Source: Bispira polyomma | Taxonomy: Eukaryota | Direction: 5' to 3' | Length of the DNA: 64,000 nucleotides | Assembly (NCBI GenBank): GCA_965649765.1 | Contig: OZ287752.1 | Span: 57,908,001-57,972,000 of the forward strand | In this document: in pieces, positions 41,593 through 52,601 of the stretch | Layout: every line of letters begins with the position of its first letter | How positions within the stretch are numbered: position 1 is the stretch's first letter | Translations under genes and position numbers: made by a program | Notes under the pieces: generated by a model | Told to the model about the DNA's origin: nothing | The model's database searches: none | The model's input: the letters and a program-made list of their open reading frames with translations, nothing else

Positions 41593-43094
41593 CAACCCCT
41601 TCGAGGTAGAACTCTGTCAAATTAATTTCTCTTTTGTATGTGTGTAGGAGGTCTGTAGTCCCACAAAGGTATTTTCTTTTTAAAATCTCCTCTGTTATAT
41701 CCAACATTCTGCTTAGGTAGATATTTTTCTAATTATATCTTTCAAGAGGTTCACATGTGCATGAAATCATAAGTAAAACTTTTCCCTTCTGTTGCTTTAA
41801 CGAAGAAGTTGGTACTGCAAATCTTGGTATGGGTGATGTAGCCAGGCAAGAAACCAAGTTATCTGTACCATGGTGCCAAGTATACACAAAATAATGTTTT
41901 AATATGACAAGAGTCTGTGTCACCCCAAGTTTTAAAGAGAATCATGGGCAAGAAAATACACTACTTTTAATTATATTTATTGCTTGAAAAATGAATACAA
42001 TATATAATTTGGCTAGTATTGCCCTAACAATATATTCTCCATATATATATGGGCAAGAAAATACACTACGTTTAATTATATTTATTGGTTAAAAAATGAA
42101 TACAATATATAATTTGGCTTGTATTGCCCTGATAATATATTCTCCATATATAGATTCATGTTTTAGAGAATTTGTTATTGCTTCATTATATCCTTTAATA
42201 TCTTTAATTTCTTTTTATACATGGTCTATGTATGATACCTGCCACCACGTGAGTGCAAATAAATGAATATTCCAACATGGCCTCAAGTGTAAAATGTTAG
42301 GGTGACTATACTTGACTCATAGCATACCAAATGCAGTTTGTAGCATGCTACAACATAATACAGCAATGATGGTGTACAGCAAACTTTTAGGGGCGTAGTC
42401 ACCGTTAACGCCAGTACTCCCAGGCGTACCAATTTAATGAAAGGGAAAAATAAAAAAAATAAAATAAATAGTACTAAACCTAATAGAATAAAAAAAATTA
42501 ATGACAGACAGAATGATCACCTTCCAAGCTTATGGTGTGACTGATACATAAATCAGTGGTCAAAGTAGTGGTCAGATTCCATCCATCCATCTGTGGTTGA
42601 AAGCATTTAGAAAAATTTCAATGGTACGTATTAGTTTATATTTTTACCTCATGAGCTTAGAATACATTGCAAAGGAATTCATACAGTGGCCTACACAAGA
42701 TAATTTTCTATGTTCAGTGATCATTAAACATATAACTGTATATATACATTTCTTATTAAATACAATTGGCAAGCTACAACATACAAAAAAATCACATGTA
42801 TGGTGTCTGATTTCTCCTAACACAACATTTAAAGCCATAAACTCATATAAATTGTTATGTATTAAATTTAATTAACCAGGTACTTTTTACAGTTTAAGCT
42901 TGTATAAGGATTTATATCTCATTGCTTCATACCCCACAATCAGTTCATGACTACAGCTGTATATTATTGAATCACCCTCACGATTCTATCAGTAAAATAT
43001 ATTGACAATTATGTGTCACAATGAAACTAATATTCATAACTGTATTTCGATTACAATAACTAATCGCAATTAAGCAATAAAGTTCGATTTGATT

Positions 43095-45083
43095 TTAATC
43101 GCAGGTCAGCTTAATAGCCCAGTTATCATTATTAATGGTGTCTGGTTTCTTGAGGTTTAGGTGATCATCATGTCCTTCAGCACACATCTGCCATGCAGAA
43201 TCCCTGGCCTCTATTGCAGATGCTTTGTCTCTGGCACAGTATATACCAAATAGCTGCCCTTTATTATTGGCGTCTAAGTAAATCTCAAACTTATCTCCCT
43301 CACTGATGATCTTTTCTCCGAAAATAAAGTCTAGTTCATCCCTGACCTTCGTCACCGAGCACTGGTTGCTACTACCTTCTGACGGGAAATGCCTGATAGT
43401 CACAAGCGTTTCATCTTTGCAGGTTTTAGGATCATTCTGCTGGCCATCGGTCAAGGTCATCGCATGTTTCACTTCTAGACAGAGCGATTCATCTTTTCTC
43501 GGACGAACTTGATGAATACCATAGATATCTCCTTGTTTCACTTGGATCCCCTCTTTGAGAGGGTATGTACAGTTGCCGACTTGGCTAATGGCCCCAATGG
43601 GAAGGCCAGCACCATTTTCCACATACACCTTGAAATAGCAGACACTGTAGAGATTCTCCAGTGATTCCGAAAACCAGGAGAGCCAGTTCCTACTGGCAGG
43701 GTCTGGAGGGCTGTCTTCACTCTGTGTCACCTCTTCCTGGGTATAGTAAGGAGGCTAGGGACCCATACCATCTGAGACATCATGTAGATAGAACCGGAAG
43801 TGATTATCAGTGTACCTGGCATTAGAACAGGTAGAGGAAGAGGTGGGTACTTCACTGCTGTATAATTTGGACAAAGGCCCTGTTTCATTTGTAGGAATAC
43901 CTGAAGGGGTTAGCTTTGCATGGAGTGACTGAATGCCAATATTATCTATCAAAGTGTCATATTCAAGAGCATCACTAATAGTCTTAGGCATCCCTATATC
44001 ATCTCTATCAGCTAAATCAGGGTATAGCATCCTCCCTTCATATTCAGCCACAAGATAACCACTAAAAGGATAAGACATAAATTCACATATATTAAGAATA
44101 CACAGCCCATTTATGTCCCCATTGTCTAAGCTGGACCTCACAGTCATTGCACTGGCAAAGATATGACCGCTGGAACTTCTTTGATCATCATTTATGACCG
44201 ACCTGACTGTTCCACCAATCAATTGATTTTGTTCTGCGAAGGAATTGTCATAATATAGTCGTACTTTGGCATAGCAGGTGTCAAATCCAGTGCCATACAA
44301 GCTAATCCATGTTTTTGGTGGAATTTCAATTTCACTTTGGTGAGTTGATAGGTCAGCGCTGGTTCTTTCCCAATATCCAGAGTTTCTGCTGAGAAACATA
44401 GAAAGGTAATCAGCCACTTTTAATTTTGAGTTATCCAAAGTCACCTGGACCTTGTCAGCTACATGTAATTCCTTCCCAGTCTGGCCATCAAACAGTTTCA
44501 GCAGGAACATCCCATACGTTTTAAATAAATCTACTTCTCCCTTGGAAGTAAGTGTTGTATAGTCCCCGGGGGATAGCATCATTGTTAAATGATTTCTTGG
44601 ATCCACCACAGCTGAGTAGGCTTTAGCTTCCCCAGTAAAGATTTCTCCTGATTCATTATAAACTGAACCCGGTGGAATTGAAATATCGATGAATGGATTC
44701 GGATACCCGATGTCCAAGTTTGTGAATTCCTGTCTAATTATATTGACAGTTCCATGGCTATGAAATGGCATCATATAGATATCCACATGCAGAATCGGCG
44801 TGGGGTTGTTAGGAAGATGTAAAATCTTTGTTGTTTCCGCGTAATTATAGTCTTCATCTTGTACAGTTATGGCAAGGCGGCGAATGGTTGAAGGGATATC
44901 CAAAACAAAGTCACCCTCATGCCTAGGAGGGTACTCAATCTCTGTACCATTAATGAGAACATGAGGGAATGGAATTGGCAGACCCGTATCGCTGGCAAGA
45001 ACTTGGCCCACAATTAGCACCGAATGGTCTGCACAGATACTACATCCACATTCCGTCACCATGAATACTGGCAGACGGAGTCT
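43095..45083 (-). pseudogene. CILP: CILP-like gene (minus copy), large terminal exon interrupted by an in-frame TAG at 43755-43757
   Basis: Acceptor TTATTAG|AGACTC (phase 0). Motifs VTECGC, VDPRN..SPGD, FKTYGMF, CYAKVR, NHFRFY, WLSWF, CYFKV and GIYC are CILP C-terminal features. ORFs 43755-45062 and 43095-43730 share a frame and are separated by one TAG. Confidence 0.8.
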
Positions 45084-45517
45084 CTAATAAAGTAACAAAT
45101 ATATAATAGTAAATAATCTAGTTCATTTCTGCCACACTCAAATCTACCATATTTACTGTGAAAAAGGTCATACCCCCTGTTAATAGATATTGTTATCACT
45201 GCACTCATTCTTTAAAATTACAGCTCACTTAAAAGACTTGTCCACAAGCTCAAAACCTACATCGAAACCTCCCTATTCAGCAAGGCTAACCCTAACCTTA
45301 GTGTCCCTTACTATTTCTGGCCTCTCTACGGTCATAACCTCTGTATGTTTAATGGTTACATGAAATTCTGAAAATAATTTTCTCCTGTCTCATATGCCTT
45401 AGAGTCCAATAGTATGGAAATAAAGTACTATAAAAATTAGATTATATTATTAGATACAAATGCACCCTATAATACAATGTATACCACATAGCACAAGTAA
45501 TATGTTACTGTACATAC

Positions 45518-45726
45518 CCCATGACATTTTAGATCAATGCGTTGTACTTTCTTTGCCATGCAACAGTACTTCCCTTTATCCTCACACTGCTCTGAAGTTC
45601 CACCAGTTGGTCCACTACAGGATATAGCTGGACACTTCCCGATATCAAGAGTCTCAACACCATCTTGTTCACAGCCTTTTGGCAGGGTGATCAAGTGGGA
45701 CATAGGCTTGGAGGAGGGGACAGATG
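45518..45726 (-). CDS. CILP: CILP-like (minus copy) cysteine-rich exon
   Basis: CTCTGTAG acceptor (phase 1), SVPSSKPMSHLITLPKGC...DIGKCP...KYCC...DLKCHG, donor GTATGT (phase 0). Confidence 0.8.
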
Positions 45727-46341
45727 CTACAGAGATAGGAATTTACCTTTAAATAGTATATAAATAATTAAATGTCTACTTCATTGGCACTTTTGAACTC
45801 AATAGAAAACTATTTTCGGGAACTGAAGGAAATTTTTAGGAAAATAGGCTGGAGTCATTCAACAATGTTCTCATGTATATTTTGTTGAAAAAAGGGATAT
45901 GCTGTACCGACAAATTTCTGTTGGGAGGAACTGTGAAGGAAAATAAAATACTAACTGCTTGCCGACAGACATATGTTTCAGGCTGCTAGCTAACAAGCAT
46001 GGGATTAAAAGGGTTAAGAATTATGTTTTAATACATAAATTACAGAATTAAATTAAATTACAGAATTCACTGAACTAGGTGTCTCAATATTGAAAGTAGT
46101 TCCTAATACTATCACAGCAATTAAGGTTTACCTTTTTGTATTTTTTTATACACCTACATGTCAGTGCCCAGTCCATTGTCCACAGCAAAAAAATGGAAAA
46201 AAACTATTTATAGGAATAATTTTACAAATTTCTGTTTGAAACAATATCAGCAAAGTATTATCAATAATCTGTAGCATTAAACTTTAAAACTGATCAAAAT
46301 GCTAAATATTTGAGGTATTGACAAATTTTAAAAATACCAAC

Positions 46342-46487
46342 ATGTCACTTTGAGGTGGACTTCTTGAGACCTTGCTGTACTATAGCCATTACTTGCAACA
46401 CACTGATAGTAACCAGAGTCATCTGTATCAAGATTTGTCAGGGTCAGAGTGTCACTTCCTTCATCGATAAGGGTCTTGTCCTTCAGC
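46342..46487 (-). CDS. CILP: CILP-like (minus copy) Ig domain, second half
   Basis: (W)LKDKTLIDEGSDTLTLTNLDTDDSGYYQCVASNGYSTARSQEVHLKVT with the DxGxYxC motif; phases 2 to 1, assuming the GTTGGT donor. Confidence 0.8.
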
Positions 46488-47089
46488 CTACATACAAACA
46501 GTTAATATTATATATGTTGTATTGAACACTGCATAAACTAAATACTATTTACATTATTTTAATGGTCTTATTTTTTGGATTGTAGTGACATGTATGAAGT
46601 TCAATATGACAATACAAAACAAATTAACATATTACAATATACCAATCCTTTTTATTAGGGGCTTATATGTCACTTAAATAAATGCCACTACCAAAAATTG
46701 CTAAAAATAAATATTGTCCAAATGTTAGTTAACATGAGTAGTTTTCAGTAACAGTGAACACTAGCAAACCTCCCTGTTTATAATAACTCCATCACACAAT
46801 AATAATAGTAATATAATAATTAAGTTTGATACTGCCAAATTATATGCAAAAACTGAATAATAATTTTTGGGCTTGATCATGAACATCACACACTTGTTCA
46901 AATAAAAATGCTTTTAATTTTGCATTAAAATTCAATCAAACTGAGGCTGATACCGCGGATTTCTTCGCGTATCTGGATAGTTCCACAAGCCACTCTCCTT
47001 GAATGCTCTATCACCTATTGTCATAAGATTTTATTTTGTTTCTTTAAAATGTTTTGTTTATATGTTGACCTCACTGTTCAATGAATTAC

Positions 47090-47198
47090 CATTCATATGT
47101 ATCAGGTGGTGGGTTTCCATAGGCCTCACAGCACAGGGTCACGCCTTCTCCTTGCCTACGTACTTTGCTTTCTGGTTCTTTGGTGATTATTACCTGTT
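47090..47198 (-). CDS. CILP: CILP-like (minus copy) Ig domain, first half
   Basis: EQVIITKEPESKVRRQGEGVTLCCEAYGNPPPDTYEW; the CC-containing Ig start is typical of CILP; 109-nt exon with AG/GT ends. Confidence 0.85.
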
Positions 47199-47774
47199 CT
47201 GTGAAGCAAAAGACACATATTATTCATACCATAGCCTTGTACAGGCTAAAGTAAAGCTATAGGATTATTATGATATTTCTTTAAATTACCCATTATTATC
47301 AACAACAATTATATGTTAGATATTAACAGGTAAATGGAAAATTTAATTTTAATCATCACAAAAACATAAAGAAATCAAGATTTGAGAAATACTGTCTATT
47401 ATATAATAGTTTATGAAATAGTTAACAGCTATTATTTTATGTCTGGTCAGATAATATAGGAACCAAAAAAACAAGCTACATAACAAACTGCTAGCAGATT
47501 GATTCAATTAGATGGCTTAACACACTGGTAGCTAGTTTTGCTTTGATATTTGTACCACACAGTCATACACTACAGTCCCTCTTGTAAATATTGGGTGGTG
47601 TATGTATATGTAGGTCAAATAGGATATACTATAAGTATATATATATCCAGCATTTAAATTAGTTTATCTCAATATGCTCACAACCCTACAGTTGCTGGGA
47701 AAGATATTAAAAACTTGTTTTAATAATAGAGGCTTACAATGCAAATAGTATTAGTCCTATGTCCACATACCTAC

Positions 47775-48035
47775 CTATCTTCTGGATGTGTATGACTATG
47801 GAAGACCCTGTCACCTCTCCATATGCACTGATCAAATCCCCCCTTCTAAACTCCAAAGAGATGTCCATACAACAATCATCAATAGTGAATTCCCCCTCAG
47901 TGTTGGTCCTGTCTGCCACTGTTACATTTTGTAAAGGTATATTGGTGGGGCTGAGGACTTTACCAGTCACTGTGTTACCAGGACAGAGACACCTCTCACA
48001 GCCAGGGCTAGCATCATGGGAACATCTGTCACATG
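47775..48035 (-). CDS. CILP: CILP-like (minus copy) carboxypeptidase-regulatory-like domain exon; most 5' exon found for this copy
   Basis: CDRCSHDASPGCERCLCPGNTVTGKVLSPTNIPLQNVTV...GEFTIDDCC...QKI; TTTTTAG acceptor, GTAGGT donor; paralogous to 51598-51897. Confidence 0.8.
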
Positions 48036-48208
48036 CTAAAAAAAGGCATGGTTAATAGAGGACACCTCTCAGAGCCAGGGCATTATCAGAACATCTGACA
48101 CAGGCCACAACAGATAAACCATGGGTAAAGGAGGGTTCTTCCCAGAGGCTTACATCATCAAAACATCTGTCAAAGGCTACAACAGATAAACCATGTTAAA
48201 AGGAGGAC
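47988..48208 (-). repeat. Three diverged ~70-bp tandem copies of the CILP-like exon acceptor junction
   Basis: AACATCTG anchors at 48021, 48090 and 48162; GACACCTCTC at 47988 and 48061. The first copy is the real exon start. Confidence 0.75.
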
Positions 48209-48479
48209 TAAACCTTAGAGGCCTCTTGCAATATATATTAATTACTGTGAAACCATCTATTTCACTTGACTAAACAATTAAAACTGACTGGATACATGGT
48301 TCCAACACCTTTATATAGTTTATTGGGAGTAATCTCGAGGTGTCGAGGTTCCCTCGAACGTTAATGACCAGGGTGTGGTCAGGAACAGTCTGGAGGGAGG
48401 GGCTGAGTTTCATTGGGGCTGAGTTATTGTCGAGTGCAAACAATTGGCCGGGTGTAGTTAAGACTTATTTTTTATATCT

Positions 48480-48750
48480 GTACCAGGTGGATGGACTTAT
48501 CATGGTCAGTCGGGTAGGTCAAGGTTATAGATCGCTGGTTGTTGTAGCCAATTCAGTTGATTAATCGCAATGCAAAAAATCAAGTGGGCCTTGTGTATGG
48601 CTTACGTTCCTACGCCACTAAACCGAGTTTATTTACGTCAACCACTATGAGTATAATTAGGTGATATACATTTTTGCAGACTTTTTGACACAGATCGCGG
48701 CAGAATGGGGTAAAATGCCAGCGAATGACCACAATCAAATTATCGGGGTC
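48480..48750. mobile_element. Harbinger-type MITE fragment (direct repeat of 52312-52565)
   Basis: Shares GGACTTATC.TGGTCAG, CGCAATGCAAAAA, AACCACTATGAGTATAAT and GAATGACCACAATCAAATTAT with the 52.3-kb copy. Confidence 0.75.
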
Positions 48751-50294
48751 TTAGTGCTAAAAGCAAAATTTCTTACCGTCACTGGGACTAATTCCAAAAT
48801 CTTAACCATTCAGGCAAAATCAAAGACCAAAATCTTAAGACTAAGTTAAAACTGAAAATTTTTGTGAATATGGCCCATGGAGTCTAAATAAAGAATGTCG
48901 TTCTAGAGCCCATGCCTAAATGTCCATGGTTGAAAGGAAGCATTGTGTCCCTTAGCATAGTTACGACTTAGAGTGAGATCTCAGCTGATCTAAACAGATA
49001 TGAGCTATGCTTCCAGTGGCAGTATGTTAAAAGAAATATGCCATGTTACAATATATGTAAATGCACAACCCTTGCCATTAAAACGTGTCTCCCCACCCTG
49101 TCAACCTATTCTGAACCAGGCATATACGATAAGCAATTTTACCATGATCGTGTGATGTTTTGCATATATTCTCATGGTACTCCGAGTTGTAATATGATAA
49201 TCACATGATGGATTATACAAACTATTTTGTGTCTTTTCCAAAATAAAAAGGGTCACCGGCTAATAACTTCTATCAAAGGAATAATTTGTAATATTTATAA
49301 CAAATGTCTGTAAGTACCCAGTTATTACACATTTACAATAATTCTTTGTAACACGTTCGTGTTTTGTACAGTTTGACCAAACAGACCAACTGCTCACTCC
49401 AATAACATACATGAGACGGTCATAAGATTAGGTTTATTTATTCAGGATAACGGAATGTAAAATATAATTTAGTTCCTATCACTGGAACTCAAGCATTTCC
49501 AACTTTTCCGGTCAATATGATGTCATTGAATACCAGTTTAAGTTCTTTGTCACCATTAGTCATTATGTGTGGATATTTCAAGATCAAATTATAAGTTTAA
49601 AATCAATCTTTGAGTTTTGTGACCTCCCACAACATATGCATTTCTGAACCCATCCTAAAAAGATTACTGCGAACAAATGTTTACTTTTGTAATCATTTAT
49701 TTGACCTAATTTTCACTATGAAATCAAATATACATTATTGCAAGATTTTTTCGAACCAAACCCTATCTGCCAGAGAACTGGTAAGGTTCAATTCATTTAA
49801 AATGGATCAATATGTGAGGAGGTATTAGGGGTATTAACTAATACATAAGAGGGCTGTAAGTTATACATGTAAGTTAATGCCAGTAGGGGCAATGGTAGGG
49901 AAGGCCCAAATGTAGTACATTTCTTGACATTTACGTCTGTCTGTACTTTTTGGGTCCTCTTCGTTTCCTAACCATTGCAGTACACTAAACTCAATGTCCC
50001 TTACAGAATGGCTGTCGGTATTGTAGTGTCTAGAGACAGGAGTGAGTTTGTTCTGACCAGTTTGATGACACCAGCTCTGTGTTCATACATTCTGTTTCTT
50101 AGGGATCTTTTTGTTTCCCCAATGTATTATAATCCACATTTTCTACAAGTGATCACTTAAATGACATTCTTGAGTTCACAAGTAAGTATAGGTTTAGGAG
50201 GGATGGCAATGCATTTTAATACTTGTATATCCTAATTAGAAGTGGCCATTACTATTTTAATATGACATAACACCTTTCAATGAAACCCATCCAG

Positions 50295-50459
50295 CCCATC
50301 AGTCAGGGTGGGGTGCATGGACAGCCTGGGGTGACTGCAGCACATCCTGTGGTGGAGGGGATCAAACAAGAACCAGGGAGTGTCAGTCTGAAGGTCAGCA
50401 GTGTACAGGGACAGATATACAGGGTCAGCCTTGTAATCAGCACCCATGTCCTGGTCCTG
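50295..50459 (+). CDS. CILP: CILP-like (plus copy) thrombospondin type-1 repeat exon 1
   Basis: HQSGWGAWTAWGDCSTSCGGGDQTRTRECQSEGQQCTGTDIQGQPCNQHPCP; phase 1-1, AG/GT ends. Confidence 0.88.
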
Positions 50460-51067
50460 GTATGCTCTCAGAGATTTATAATTTTATAGTAATGTGTTTT
50501 GATTGTGATCATAATTTATATAACACACATCTGCAGATAAAATAATTATTATCATATTATGTCATATAAGGTTTACCCATTGAAGATATTATTTTTTGTG
50601 GCATCACGGTACAAAAGGTGTAAAAATAATTAAAGTTGTCAATAGCATATTAATTGCAAAACTACCACTAGAAGTTGTGGTTGCTACCATATATGAAAAA
50701 TAAATACATTTTTTTCAAAATTGAAAAGTACAGCATTTTTTATCTTTTCAGATAGACTTAGTCTATACATTGTATTAAATCTAGTACAAAGGTTCACTAA
50801 ACTTGTGACCAAATCGTGTTTAATCTATTTGGCTAGCACTTTGGTGGTAAAGTTTTGTATTGTAGCATTACAAATTGGTAATTCTCCAACAAGTTGAATA
50901 CTATTTGAAATTGTACAGCATCAATTATACTTATTACATTTTTATAGTTATTACATTATTCAGTCAAAATAATTTAATTTACTGTTCAGTAAAAATAGGT
51001 TACAAACAAATTCCTGTTCACGCACAGTATTTATTTATCATCTTGTGACAATATTAATGTTGTGTAG

Positions 51068-51241
51068 ACTATGGGGAGTGGAGCAGTTGGTCTGGTTGGT
51101 CAGACTGTACTGAAAGTTGTGGAGAGACTGGACTCCAGTACAGAACAAGAAGATGTGACAAAGAGTCTACAGAACAGCTGGATTGTCCTGGAGATGTACA
51201 GGAGACAGATGACAGGCCATGCAATAGGTTTGATTGTCCAA
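51068..51241 (+). CDS. CILP: CILP-like (plus copy) TSP1 repeat exon 2
   Basis: YGEWSSWSGWSDCTESCGETGLQYRTRRC...CPG...CNRFDCP; TGTAG acceptor, GTAAGT donor. Confidence 0.9.
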
Positions 51242-51597
51242 GTAAGTGGTATAAGTTTTGATAATAGTTATAGCCAGAGTACATATTCTGTAAGGATCCA
51301 CATCTGAGACATTCATATATGCAACTGCTCAGGTGGAAACTGCACTCAAATTATAAGTCATATGATATTTATCCCCACTTTGAGGGGTTCAATAGTACAG
51401 TCCGAGTTTGTATGTAGGAAAGTGGACATGCTGCAATTCGGTGGTTCGCAGGGTATTGAAAAGATTGTTAAACCTAAATTAACTAGCCTGTGATAACACC
51501 TGTCAAATTCTTACTGTTCATATTGTTCTATTTTTAACTTTTGTATGTGTTATTGTTGCAGTTGTATTTAAATCTTTAATTTTATTGTTTTTTAAAG

Positions 51598-51897
51598 CCT
51601 GTGACAGAGACTGTCCAGATGAAGGCTCTGCCGTACTTCCGGACTGTAACAGAGGTATATGTACAGGCAAAGATTTCACAGCACGTGTTGTGAGTACAAC
51701 AAACAAACCTCTACAACTGGTAAGGATCAGTGATGTTGAGGTGCCCAGTCACCAGTTAGCTGTCACTGATAGTGTGGGAGAGTTTACTATTGAAGATGCC
51801 TGCAACGGAATAAATCTGCAGTTTGAAAGATATGACCTGATTACAACAAGTGCTGTGATAGCACCCTCACTGACCAATGTCTCCATGGAAAACATTG
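51598..51897 (+). CDS. CILP: CILP-like (plus copy) carboxypeptidase-regulatory-like exon ending at a GC donor
   Basis: CDRDCPDEGSAVLPDCNRGICTG...GEFTIEDAC...SMENI; G|GCAAGT lies at the position of the paralog's G|GTAGGT. Confidence 0.82.
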
Positions 51898-52028
51898 GCA
51901 AGTATTGTGATAAATAATTTCATAAATTATGTATGCTTCTAACATACTCACAATTGCTTGATGTAGATTTAGTTAATGACATAGTGCTGTACATGTAAAA
52001 TAGACTGTCTCACTAACTTTAATTTTAG

Positions 52029-52137
52029 AGAGATTAGACATATCTAAACACCCTGACGACAAAGAAAGACTCATTGGGGACAGTGTGATGTTTTGTTGTG
52101 AAGCTACAGGAAACCCCCCAGCAGATTACTACGAATG
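52029..52137 (+). CDS. CILP: CILP-like (plus copy) Ig domain first half; last exon found for this copy
   Basis: ERLDISKHPDDKERLIGDSVMFCCEATGNPPADYYEW; 109 nt, same length and phase as 47090-47198. Confidence 0.87.
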
Positions 52138-52311
52138 GTATGGTTTTAACAGTATCTATATCATTTGGTGATCTGGAATAATTTATTCAGCCATTTTGAT
52201 TCGGCAACAAATCTGCCATAATGAAATATATTCATGTCATATTTGCAACATATACCATATATACAACATATTAATGATAGGTTAAGGTGTGGTTACAACT
52301 TATTTTTTGGG

Positions 52312-52601
52312 TCGCTACCAGCTGGACGGACTTATCTTGGTCAGCCGGGGAGGTCGGGGGTAATAGATTGTTTTTGGTTGGTATAACCAATTCAGCCGAT
52401 TTAACGCAATGCAAAAATTAATCGGGCCTTGTGTATGACTTATCTTTTTAATCGTTAACCACTATGAGTATAATCGGGTGGCGTTCATTTTCACCAGCTT
52501 TTTGACACAGATTGAGACCCAATGGGGTAAAATGACCATGAATGACCACAATCAAATTATTGGGCCTCGCCCTGATTGGTCGGCTAAGTGGAACAGTACC
52601 T
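52312..52601. mobile_element. Harbinger-type MITE end fragment with intact TIR
   Basis: Ends AGTGGAACAGTACCT followed by TTA; its reverse complement resembles the left end of 32390-32864. Confidence 0.72.

Noticed and set aside
49980-50050. Possible start exon for the plus CILP copy (CAG|AATGGCT...A|GTGAGT)
   Set aside because: Splice-like signals exist, but the peptide MAVGIVVSRDR is not a signal peptide; unsupported.
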